Source of the DNA: Candidatus Eiseniibacteriota bacterium
GTDB taxonomy: Bacteria > Joyebacterota > Joyebacteria > Joyebacterales > Joyebacteraceae
Direction of reading: 5' to 3'
Length of the DNA: 43,511 nucleotides
Assembly: GCA_043819135.1 (NCBI GenBank)
Contig: JBDRFG010000146.1
Coordinates: 1-43,511 of the forward strand
Shown: piece after piece, positions 36,148-43,511 of the stretch
Layout of the letters: every line of letters starts with the position of its first letter
Position numbering within the stretch: position 1 is the first letter of the stretch
Made by a program: the position numbers and the translations under genes
Notes under the pieces: model-generated
Databases searched by the model: none
The model's input: only the letters and a program-made list of their open reading frames with translations
Told to the model about the DNA's origin: nothing

Positions 36148-38057
36148 GGATCCTGTTCCTCACACAGTACTACCCTCCCGAGACGGGCGCCGCTCCTCTC
36201 AGGGCCTATCACTTCGCGGCCAAGCTTGCCAAGCAGGGCCACGAGGTGACGGTCCTGACCGGCATGCCGAACCACCCCGGCGGCAGGAAGCACCAGGCGT
36301 TCCGGTGGAAGCTGGGCACGTCGTCAACGCAGGACGGTGTCCGTGTCGTAAGAAGCTACCTCTACGCGACGCCGCGAAAGACGTTCGCGACCCGCATGCT
36401 CAATCAGCTTTCGTTCGCCGTGACCGCACTCGTGCGTGGGTGCTGCGTGCCGGCGTGCGACGTCATCCTCATCACCTCGCCGCCACTCTTCCTCGGGATC
36501 TCCGGCTGGCTCCTGGGCCACCTCAAGGGCGCTCCCTACGTGCTCGACGTCCGGGATTACTGGCCGCACGCCGCGGTCGCGCTCGGGCAGCTGAGATCGA
36601 AGCGCGTCATACGGCTCGCGGAGCGAATGGAGCTCTTCCTCTACGCGCATGCCGCCTGGATCGTCGCGGTAACGCCGGGAATGCGCCGCCTGATGGTCAA
36701 GCGGGGTATCCCCGGACATCGCATCGTGCTGATCCCTAACGGCGCCGACACCGATTGCTTCACGCCGGCGGAGAACGGCGATGCCCACGGCGACGGCAAC
36801 GGGGGATGGACCGTTCTCTACAGCGGCACTCACGGCCTGGTGCATGGCATGGGAATGATCCTTGACGCGGCGGAGAGGCTGCTCGATGACGAGAGGATCC
36901 ACTTCGTCATGGTTGGCGACGGCGTCGCCAAGGATGCGCTCGTTGCCGACGCCAAGCGCCGCGAGCTGCACAACATCGAGTTCCTGCCCAGCCAGCAGCC
37001 CGAGCGCCTGGCCGAGAGAATACGGACTTCGGACGTCTGCCTGGCGACCACGACAGGGGGCACCTTCAGCGAGGGGACCGTGCCGGTCAAGATGTTCGAC
37101 TATATGGCCTGCGGGAAGCCCGTGGTGGCCGCCGTGGCCGGGGACGCGCGGACGATACTGGCGGAAGCCGACTGTGGCGTCGTCGTGGCCCCGGGGGACT
37201 CCGCCGCACTGGCCTCGGCGCTGATCAGACTCCTGGAGGACAAGGCGGAGCAGGAGCGCCTCGGGAAGAACGGGTACGAGTTTGTCAGGTGGAGCTACTC
37301 GCGCCAGCATCTTGCCGGCAGAATGAACGACCTCCTGGAGCGAGTGGTCGGCCGCGAGCGCAGTCTCGGAGGAGGACGCCTGGGGTTCAGGCGCTACCTG
37401 ACGGTCAAGTACCTCATCGACGCGCTCGTCGCCTCGCTCTCGCTCATAGTGATGTCTCCCGTCCTCGCGCTGACCGCGATCCTGGTGAGACTGGACTCGC
37501 CGGGTCCGATCATCTACCGGCAGCGGCGCACAGGGATCTACTCACAGGAGTTCACCATCTACAAGTTCCGGACGATGCACGTGCACACGCCGGAGCTTGC
37601 GACCGATCTCATGGAGCCTACCATCCACGACTACACGACCAGGATCGGGCGCCTGCTCCGAAGACTCAGTATCGACGAACTGCCCAACCTGTGGAACATA
37701 CTCGTGGGAGACATGAGCATCGTCGGGCCGAGGCCCGCGCTGTACAACCAGTACGGGCTCATCGATGAACGCCGCAAGGTCGGAGGCGACGTCATGCGGC
37801 CCGGACTGACGGGGTGGGCGCAGATCAACGGACGTGACAGTATCACTCAGGCCGAGAAAGTGCGGCTGGACGAGTTCTACTCGCGCAACTGCTCGCTCGC
37901 GCTCGACCTGGGGATCGTGCTCGGCACGCTCAAGACCGTGTCCCGCACGGAGGACGTGAGCGACGGACAGCCGGCGGACTCGAAGCACGCACGGGCGGCA
38001 GCGGATTCACCGGACGAACGCCCGGCGACGGACCTGGAACAAGGAGGGGAGGAGTGA
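36144..38057 (+). CDS. Fusion: WbuB-like GT4 + monotopic phosphoglycosyl transferase (PglC/WcaJ-type sugar transferase domain)
   Basis: N-part LTQYYPPE.GA, DVRDYWP, YSGTHG..HG, P.KMFDYMACGKP; C-part KYLID, LDSPGP..YRQ.R.G, YKFRTM, SIDELPNLWN...GDMS.VGPRP, PGLTGWAQINGR. Confidence 0.92.
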   Translation: MRILFLTQYYPPETGAAPLRAYHFAAKLAKQGHEVTVLTGMPNHPGGRKHQAFRWKLGTSSTQDGVRVVRSYLYATPRKTFATRMLNQLSFAVTALVRGCCVPACDVILITSPPLFLGISGWLLGHLKGAPYVLDVRDYWPHAAVALGQLRSKRVIRLAERMELFLYAHAAWIVAVTPGMRRLMVKRGIPGHRIVLIPNGADTDCFTPAENGDAHGDGNGGWTVLYSGTHGLVHGMGMILDAAERLLDDERIHFVMVGDGVAKDALVADAKRRELHNIEFLPSQQPERLAERIRTSDVCLATTTGGTFSEGTVPVKMFDYMACGKPVVAAVAGDARTILAEADCGVVVAPGDSAALASALIRLLEDKAEQERLGKNGYEFVRWSYSRQHLAGRMNDLLERVVGRERSLGGGRLGFRRYLTVKYLIDALVASLSLIVMSPVLALTAILVRLDSPGPIIYRQRRTGIYSQEFTIYKFRTMHVHTPELATDLMEPTIHDYTTRIGRLLRRLSIDELPNLWNILVGDMSIVGPRPALYNQYGLIDERRKVGGDVMRPGLTGWAQINGRDSITQAEKVRLDEFYSRNCSLALDLGIVLGTLKTVSRTEDVSDGQPADSKHARAAADSPDERPATDLEQGGEE

Positions 38058-38941
38058 CGACGAATCTCCCTGTGAAAGCCAACGGTCCCGGGGACGACGG
38101 AGGGCGTTATCCGGGGGGCATCGTGGGCGTCGTTGCGGTCGCCGCGCTCGTCGTTCTGGTCTATCACCAGACGTTCTCGATCCTGTGGCGAACCTGGAAC
38201 ACGAATCCGAACTACTCCCACGGATTCCTCATTCCTCCGGTGGTTGCCTTCCTGCTCTGGCGCGAGAGACGCCGGTACCTTACGGCCCGGGGGCGCGGGA
38301 GCATGTTCGGCCTCGTGCTGGTCGGACTGGCCCTCCTGGGTCACGTCGTATCGATCCGTGCGGGCGTCTTCATGACGCAGGGTTACTCGCTTGTCCTGAT
38401 GCTCTTCGGGCTTTCGCTCTTCCTTTGCGGCGGCAGGGCGACGCGGACCGTGTGGTTCCCGCTCGGCTACCTCGTCTTCATGCTTCCGATGCCGCCCTAT
38501 CTGATGAACGTCATCGCGTTCAGGCTCAAGATCTTCGCCGCCCGGGCCGGCAGTGGCGTTGCCATCCACCTGGGGATCCCGCTCGCCCGTTCCGGGATGA
38601 CCATACACATCCCGGCCGGGTCGCTCAGGATAGCCGACCCTTGCAGCGGGCTCCGCTCTCTCATCGCGCTCGTCGCGCTTGGGGCGCTCTTCGCGTTCCT
38701 CACCAAGGGGAAGACCTGGAAGCGTCTCGTGCTCTTCGCGTCGGCGGTGCCTCTGGCGGTTCTCGCGAACGTCGTCCGCATCTCGGTGCTGTGCGTGGTG
38801 GCCAACATCTGGGGAATCGACGCCGCGTTGGGGTTCTTTCACGACTTCTCGGGACTTCTGCTCTTCATGATCGCGTTCCTCGGTCTGGTCGTGGTCAGGA
38901 AGCTCCTGAGGTGTGAGACCGAGACAGAGGAGGCCGCATGA
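38054..38941 (+). CDS. Exosortase (EpsH/Xrt family)
   Basis: YSHGFLIP, F..PMP and the Cys-Arg-His triad in IADPCSGLRSL, ANVVRI and FFHDFSG; about 8 TM helices. Confidence 0.95.
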   Translation: MTTNLPVKANGPGDDGGRYPGGIVGVVAVAALVVLVYHQTFSILWRTWNTNPNYSHGFLIPPVVAFLLWRERRRYLTARGRGSMFGLVLVGLALLGHVVSIRAGVFMTQGYSLVLMLFGLSLFLCGGRATRTVWFPLGYLVFMLPMPPYLMNVIAFRLKIFAARAGSGVAIHLGIPLARSGMTIHIPAGSLRIADPCSGLRSLIALVALGALFAFLTKGKTWKRLVLFASAVPLAVLANVVRISVLCVVANIWGIDAALGFFHDFSGLLLFMIAFLGLVVVRKLLRCETETEEAA

Positions 38942-39576
38942 AGACACCCCTTCGCGTAGCGACAGTGCTGGTTCTCCTGGCCGCGACCGCGCTGTACGTG
39001 CGGCTCAACCCTCCTCGTCGTCTGGCGCTCAGCTCCGAGGCTCTCACGGCGTTCCCTACGGAGCTCAACTCGTGGCGCGGCGTCGACCTCGAATTCTCGG
39101 AGGTGGTTGCCGAGGAACTGGCCGCCGACGACACGCTTGCGCGGCGCTACATCGACGAGCATGGGAACTCGGTGTGGTTCGTCATCATATTCCATCAGAA
39201 CGAGCGCTACGGTGCACACGAGCCCGTCGTCTGCTACACGGCGCAGGGATGGAGCGTAGTGGACCGGGGTCTGACGCCGCTCTCCCGCCAGGGTGGGGGA
39301 TTCGATGCCAACTGGCTGCTCATAGAGGCGCGAGGTCAGAAGCGCGTGGCCGTCTACTGGTGGTACACGGCAGGAGATCTGGCGACGGGCGACAGAGACA
39401 CGTTCATGGCACGCATGGCGACGGCGGGCGTCAGGTCCAACGTGACGTTCGGAGCGTTCGTCCGCGTGTCCGTGGCGGTGGGAGACGGGGGCTTCGACGA
39501 GGCCCTGTCCGCCGCGCGTGGGTTCGCGGAAGAGGCGCTTCCGCACATACCCGAGCTGTTCTCAGAAGACGAGTAG
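38938..39576 (+). CDS. epsI: Exosortase-associated EpsI-family protein
   Basis: FP.....WRG.D, L.ADD.L.R.Y, HEPVVCYTAQGW, VYWWY and GAFVRVS; overlaps the exosortase stop. Confidence 0.9.
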   Translation: MKTPLRVATVLVLLAATALYVRLNPPRRLALSSEALTAFPTELNSWRGVDLEFSEVVAEELAADDTLARRYIDEHGNSVWFVIIFHQNERYGAHEPVVCYTAQGWSVVDRGLTPLSRQGGGFDANWLLIEARGQKRVAVYWWYTAGDLATGDRDTFMARMATAGVRSNVTFGAFVRVSVAVGDGGFDEALSAARGFAEEALPHIPELFSEDE

Positions 39577-39595
39577 CCTGGACGGAGGGATCGTA

Positions 39596-39637
39596 TTGCT
39601 GCCGCGCGTGCGACCTTACTGCCGCCGCGTGCGAACT
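39596..39637. repeat. Imperfect ~21-bp intergenic direct repeat
   Basis: TTGCTGCCGC-GCGTGCGACCT (39596-616) and TTACTGCCGCCGCGTGCGAACT (39616-637). Confidence 0.55.
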
Positions 39638-39666
39638 GGAATCGGAGGCTTTTCCGGGAGGGCTAG

Positions 39667-40539
39667 ATGGGCGTGGTCCAGCAGTTCAATGCACTTATCT
39701 GGAGCTGGGCGGAGATGTTTCGTGCGCTCCGCAGAAGAACGGCTCTGGCGCCTTTTCTCATCTACGCGGGCGTTCAGACCGTCGTTCTGCTGATGCTGCT
39801 CGGCTTCACCATCCCCCCGCTCAGGCTCTTCGTACCGGCTCTTCTGCGCTGGAGATTCGGAGAGCAGGCGCTTCACTATCCCAACAACCTGTTGGCCCTG
39901 AGGGGCGCTCTCGGGCAGGCGGACCTTGTGTTGTCCGTGTTCCTCGGCGCGCTGGTGACAGCGGCGGCGGTGCACCTGTTCGCGTCCTTCTACATCAAGC
40001 AGAGGGCGCGCCTTTCGGCCGGACTTGCCGTCGGCAGGTCGAATTACGTGCCCGCCCTCGCGGTGGCGCTCATCGTCGCGGTGCTCTCACAGGTGGTTGT
40101 CCGCGTGCCGATGTCGATCTGGGGGGGACTTGCGGACTCAAGCCCCATGCGATTCAGACTGCTCCGCCTCCTGCTCATCGGTGTGGTCCTCGCCGTGCAG
40201 GCCATCTTCCTCTACGGCATCGTGGCCGTGGTCGTTGACGGCAAGCGGCTCGGGGCCGCTCTGGGGAGCACGGTAGCGATCGCCTCCCGCAACCCCGTGA
40301 CGACACTGCTCTTGGTCGCGGTTCCGGCGGCGCTCGAGTTGCTACCCGCCTGGCTCATGAGGAACAGCTCGGTGATCATCTACAGGTTCTCTCCCGAGTT
40401 TCTGGTGGTGGGCATGTTCCTCTGGATAGTCGTCATTCTGTTCATCAATTACGCGACGGTCGGAGCCGCTACCAGGTTCTACCTGCATGCCACGGCCAAC
40501 GAAGGGCCTTCCCCCGAGCCCGTGGAGGGACAACGATGA
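39667..40539 (+). CDS. Hypothetical integral membrane protein (about 6 TM)
   Basis: GGAGG RBS, 290 aa with multiple hydrophobic helices, stop overlaps the next start. No family recognised. Confidence 0.8.
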   Translation: MGVVQQFNALIWSWAEMFRALRRRTALAPFLIYAGVQTVVLLMLLGFTIPPLRLFVPALLRWRFGEQALHYPNNLLALRGALGQADLVLSVFLGALVTAAAVHLFASFYIKQRARLSAGLAVGRSNYVPALAVALIVAVLSQVVVRVPMSIWGGLADSSPMRFRLLRLLLIGVVLAVQAIFLYGIVAVVVDGKRLGAALGSTVAIASRNPVTTLLLVAVPAALELLPAWLMRNSSVIIYRFSPEFLVVGMFLWIVVILFINYATVGAATRFYLHATANEGPSPEPVEGQR

Positions 40540-42056
40540 ACGCTACCAGGACGCTGAAGAGGTGTCTGGTCTGCGCCCCGGTGCTCGCCGTCCTCGCGGG
40601 TTCTCTCGGATGCGGTGCTGAGCCGGGGCTTAGCGACAGATACGTGGCGGAGAAGCTGGCGTGGAAGGCGGCGAAGACCATCCACGCGATGCGGCTGAAT
40701 CCCGAGCTGGCGACCGATGAGATGAAGGCGCGCGTCGCCGACATCTACGGAGAGATAGTCGACAGGTTCCCGCCCCCGGATGACGCGTCGGTGCTGTCTC
40801 CGGCCGAGATGGATGTCGCGGCCATAGCGGCTCGAAGCGGAATGGCGCTCGCGCAGATCGCCGCGCAGGCCGGGGACACGGACGAGGCCATCCGTCTCTA
40901 CGCGTCGGTAAGTGACGGGTACTCCTACGACCGGGATCTCGTGGTCGAGTCGACCATTTCCATCGCAGAGATCAGAGAGCTGAGGGGTGAATGGGAGGAC
41001 GCAGCAGAGGCCTACGAGGCTCTCATGTCCGACTGGCCACCCGCCGGGCCCGAGACATCGATCCCCGACGTCCGGATCCTGCGCGCGCCGGTTAGAGTCG
41101 CCTCCGGTTACATCTCGCGCGGAGAAGAGAGCAACGGTCGCGAGTGGTTCGGGCGGGCAAGGGACTACTACGAGAGTTGTGTCGCGAAGTGGCCGGGCAG
41201 CCGGACGGCCGAGCTGGCGATGAGCTTCCGGGCCGAGACGTTCCTCATGGAGGAGCGCTGGGTCGACGCCGTGGCTGCCTACGAGGAGCTGGACCGCGAC
41301 TACGGCCGCGACGCGAATCGCCCGGGCATATGGCTGGTGCTCGCGGACACGTACGCCAACAAGCTGAATCGGAAGGCGGCCGCTCGGGGCTACTACCTGA
41401 GAGTCCTCGAGGGATACCCCGACGACATTGGCTCGGCAACCGCCGCGCTCGCGCTGGCGGAGACGGAGATCGAGAACGGCGAGCACGAGATCGCGAGGAC
41501 TCGCCTCGAGGACGTGGCCAAGAGGTTCCCCAGAGAAGAGGCCATCAGGGCCACGGCGATCCAGTATCTGGCAGTCAGCTACGAGAGCGAGGGACTCTGG
41601 GACAGTGCCGTGGCGCAGCTCAACGCCCTCGCGCGCGAGCACCCGACGACTCTCTACGGGTTCACCGCGCTTCAGCACATCGCGGAGCACTACGAGCAGG
41701 CGGGCGAGACGGGCGCCGCGGACGCTGCGCTCGAGAGGGCGGCCGATCACTACGAGCGAGTGGTCCGGGACTTCTCATCGACGCCCGCCGAGCTGGCGGC
41801 CCGGGGCTATCTCATAGACACGAGGCTCAGACAGGAGAGATGGGAGGACGCGGCCCGGACTCTGTTTGAGACGGGCGAGCGCTTCCCGAGGTCCGGATCT
41901 TCACCGGACATGATGATGCAGGCGGCCGATATCTACGAGAACAGGCTTTCGGACCGTGATGCGGCGACAGAAGTTCTCAGGTCCCTGATTGGCCTCTTCC
42001 CGGGTACGCGCGCCGCAACCGCTGCAGCGCGGCGTCTCGAGGAACTGGCGGAGTAG
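40536..42056 (+). CDS. TPR-repeat protein, probable lipoprotein
   Basis: Signal with LAGSLG-C; repeated A..Y..L...YP/WP/FP-type TPR units across the mature region. Confidence 0.85.
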   Translation: MNATRTLKRCLVCAPVLAVLAGSLGCGAEPGLSDRYVAEKLAWKAAKTIHAMRLNPELATDEMKARVADIYGEIVDRFPPPDDASVLSPAEMDVAAIAARSGMALAQIAAQAGDTDEAIRLYASVSDGYSYDRDLVVESTISIAEIRELRGEWEDAAEAYEALMSDWPPAGPETSIPDVRILRAPVRVASGYISRGEESNGREWFGRARDYYESCVAKWPGSRTAELAMSFRAETFLMEERWVDAVAAYEELDRDYGRDANRPGIWLVLADTYANKLNRKAAARGYYLRVLEGYPDDIGSATAALALAETEIENGEHEIARTRLEDVAKRFPREEAIRATAIQYLAVSYESEGLWDSAVAQLNALAREHPTTLYGFTALQHIAEHYEQAGETGAADAALERAADHYERVVRDFSSTPAELAARGYLIDTRLRQERWEDAARTLFETGERFPRSGSSPDMMMQAADIYENRLSDRDAATEVLRSLIGLFPGTRAATAAARRLEELAE

Positions 42057-42083
42057 GCCGATCGACCCCGAGGAGGGGAGAGC

Positions 42084-43511
42084 ATGACCGTGCCCGAACA
42101 CACGACGATCCTGGCAGTCGAACGCGACCGCGCGATCAGCGCGCTCGTGTCGGATGCCCTCGTCGCCTGGCGTGGCGACCGCGGCGCTGGGGCGGGCACG
42201 GACGGAGCCGGAGTCCGCGACGGCGAGGCGGGCGCGTCCTGGTACGACGTTCACCGCGCCGACACGTCCGCGAGCGCCGTCGCCGCCATCGGGACCGTCC
42301 GTCCGGACGTCGTGGTGGTGGCCGCGGAGCTGGTTTTCGACGGGGGTGTGGGGGGCTGGCGGTCCATGCTCTTCGACGTCATTCGTGAGAGCGCAAAGCC
42401 AGCGAAGATAATAGTCATCGCAGACGGGGAGGACCGCGCGCTGGCGGCAGAGGCCATAGACCTCGGAGCGTTCGACTACTGTGTCGGTCCCGTCCGTGCA
42501 GGCGAGTTCTCGGTGCTTCTGCAAAGGGCGCTCCACATCAGGGAACTCGAGGCCGGTATGGAGGACCTGCCCGGCAGACTCTCCGGCGTCGAGCGCTTCG
42601 AAAATCTCGTGGGGAGCTGTGACGCCATGCGCTCGGTGTTCTCCGCGGTCCAGAAGGTCGCGGTGGCCGACGCCGGCGTTCTGCTCGTCGGCGAGTCCGG
42701 AACCGGCAGACAACTCATTGCTCGTGCCATCCACCATCTGAGCGCGCGACGCGATGGCCCGTTCGTCGTTGCGAATTCGGCGGGCGCGGCGCCTGAGCTC
42801 ATGGAACAGGTGGTCTTCGGCTGGAGGTCGGCGAGCGGGGGTGATACCTCAGGGCGCGTTGCGGGTCTGTTGGAGCAGGCCGACGGTGGCACGCTTCTTC
42901 TGGAGGGCGTGTGCAGTCTGCCCCAGTCGCTGCAGACGAGGCTGTCCGCTTTCCTCCGGGAGCGCGCCTCTCATCCCGATGTCCGAATAGTCGCAACCAC
43001 CGATCACCTGCCACGGTGCGGCCTGCCGGTGCCCGCCGGAGAGGGTTCTCCGGTGCTTCGGGAGGATCTGTACTACCGGCTTGGCGTGGTGACGATCGAA
43101 CTCCCGCCTCTCAGAGAGAGGGGAGAGGACATCGCGATCATGGCCCGCGCCTTTCTCGCGAAGTACTCCGCCGAGCACGGCCGGACGGTGTCGGGGTTCA
43201 GCCGGTCGGCGACGGGGTCCATGATGAGCCACGCGTGGCCGGGCAACATCGCGGAACTCGAGGCCCGCGTCCGGCGTGCCGTCATATTGTCGCGAGGCAG
43301 GCTTGTGAGTGCTGCCGACCTTGGGCTCAACGGGAACGGCCGGTCCGGTGAACGATCGCTCGCTGAAGCGAGGAGCAGACTGGAGCGCAGCATGGTGACC
43401 GACGCGCTGCTTCAGGCGGCCGGCAACGTCTCGATGGCCGCTCGCGCGATCGGTGTGAGCAGGCCCACGATGTACGACCTCATAAGGAAGCACGAACTGG
43501 ATCTTTCCGAG
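42084..43511 (+). CDS. PrsR/NtrC-like regulator (receiver-AAA+-Fis HTH) with degenerate catalytic motifs; 3' end beyond window
   Basis: Manual translation from ATG 42084 (GAGGAGG upstream) is open for 476 codons: GAFDY, LVGSCDAMR.VF, GESGTGR, IARAIH.LS.R..GPFV, ADGGTL, REDLYYRL.V..I.LPPLRER.EDI, WPGN..EL, GNVSMAARAIGVSRPTMYDLIRKH. Confidence 0.92.
   Translation, partial: MTVPEHTTILAVERDRAISALVSDALVAWRGDRGAGAGTDGAGVRDGEAGASWYDVHRADTSASAVAAIGTVRPDVVVVAAELVFDGGVGGWRSMLFDVIRESAKPAKIIVIADGEDRALAAEAIDLGAFDYCVGPVRAGEFSVLLQRALHIRELEAGMEDLPGRLSGVERFENLVGSCDAMRSVFSAVQKVAVADAGVLLVGESGTGRQLIARAIHHLSARRDGPFVVANSAGAAPELMEQVVFGWRSASGGDTSGRVAGLLEQADGGTLLLEGVCSLPQSLQTRLSAFLRERASHPDVRIVATTDHLPRCGLPVPAGEGSPVLREDLYYRLGVVTIELPPLRERGEDIAIMARAFLAKYSAEHGRTVSGFSRSATGSMMSHAWPGNIAELEARVRRAVILSRGRLVSAADLGLNGNGRSGERSLAEARSRLERSMVTDALLQAAGNVSMAARAIGVSRPTMYDLIRKHELDLSE

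Noticed and set aside
40500..40539. PEP tripeptide near the C-terminus (GPSPEPVEGQR) as a PEP-CTERM signal
   Set aside because: No TM helix or basic tail follows it.
113..43493. Many long minus-strand and alternative-frame ORFs (e.g. 33613..35739, 1059..2336, 40479..41750)
   Set aside because: They overlap well-supported + strand genes, lack recognisable motifs and are expected shadows in high-GC DNA.

Overview
GC-rich bacterial chromosome segment with every credible gene on the + strand; the long minus-strand ORFs are shadows. It has three parts. (1) 1-17203 is a housekeeping run: partial DUF370/RemA, gmk, rpoZ, coaBC, family-4 UDG, two orphan lipoproteins, dnaB, mlaEFD, radA, fused ispDF, gltX and ddl. 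The mercury-methylation pair hgcA-hgcB and an alkaline-phosphatase-superfamily membrane protein sit between ispDF and gltX. (2) 17204-17592 is a lower-GC control region with a sigma54 -24/-12 motif, an IHF-like site, a TGT-N11-ACA palindrome, a sigma70-like promoter and several hairpins. (3) 17593 to the end is an exopolysaccharide/exosortase locus: OPX/Wza, Wzc, WecB, a GT2 + SMR flippase + GT-C cassette, a Wzy/ligase-like protein, a secreted heparinase II/III-like lyase, several GT4s (one tandem fusion, one GT4-phosphoglycosyl transferase fusion), a CapK-like adenylate-forming enzyme, a deacetylase, exosortase + EpsI, a membrane protein and a TPR lipoprotein. The last gene is absent from the ORF track because it runs off the end. 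It is a PrsR/NtrC-like regulator whose receiver and AAA+ catalytic motifs are degenerate while its HTH is intact. The host is a diderm; an FCB-type candidate phylum is a guess from gene order only.
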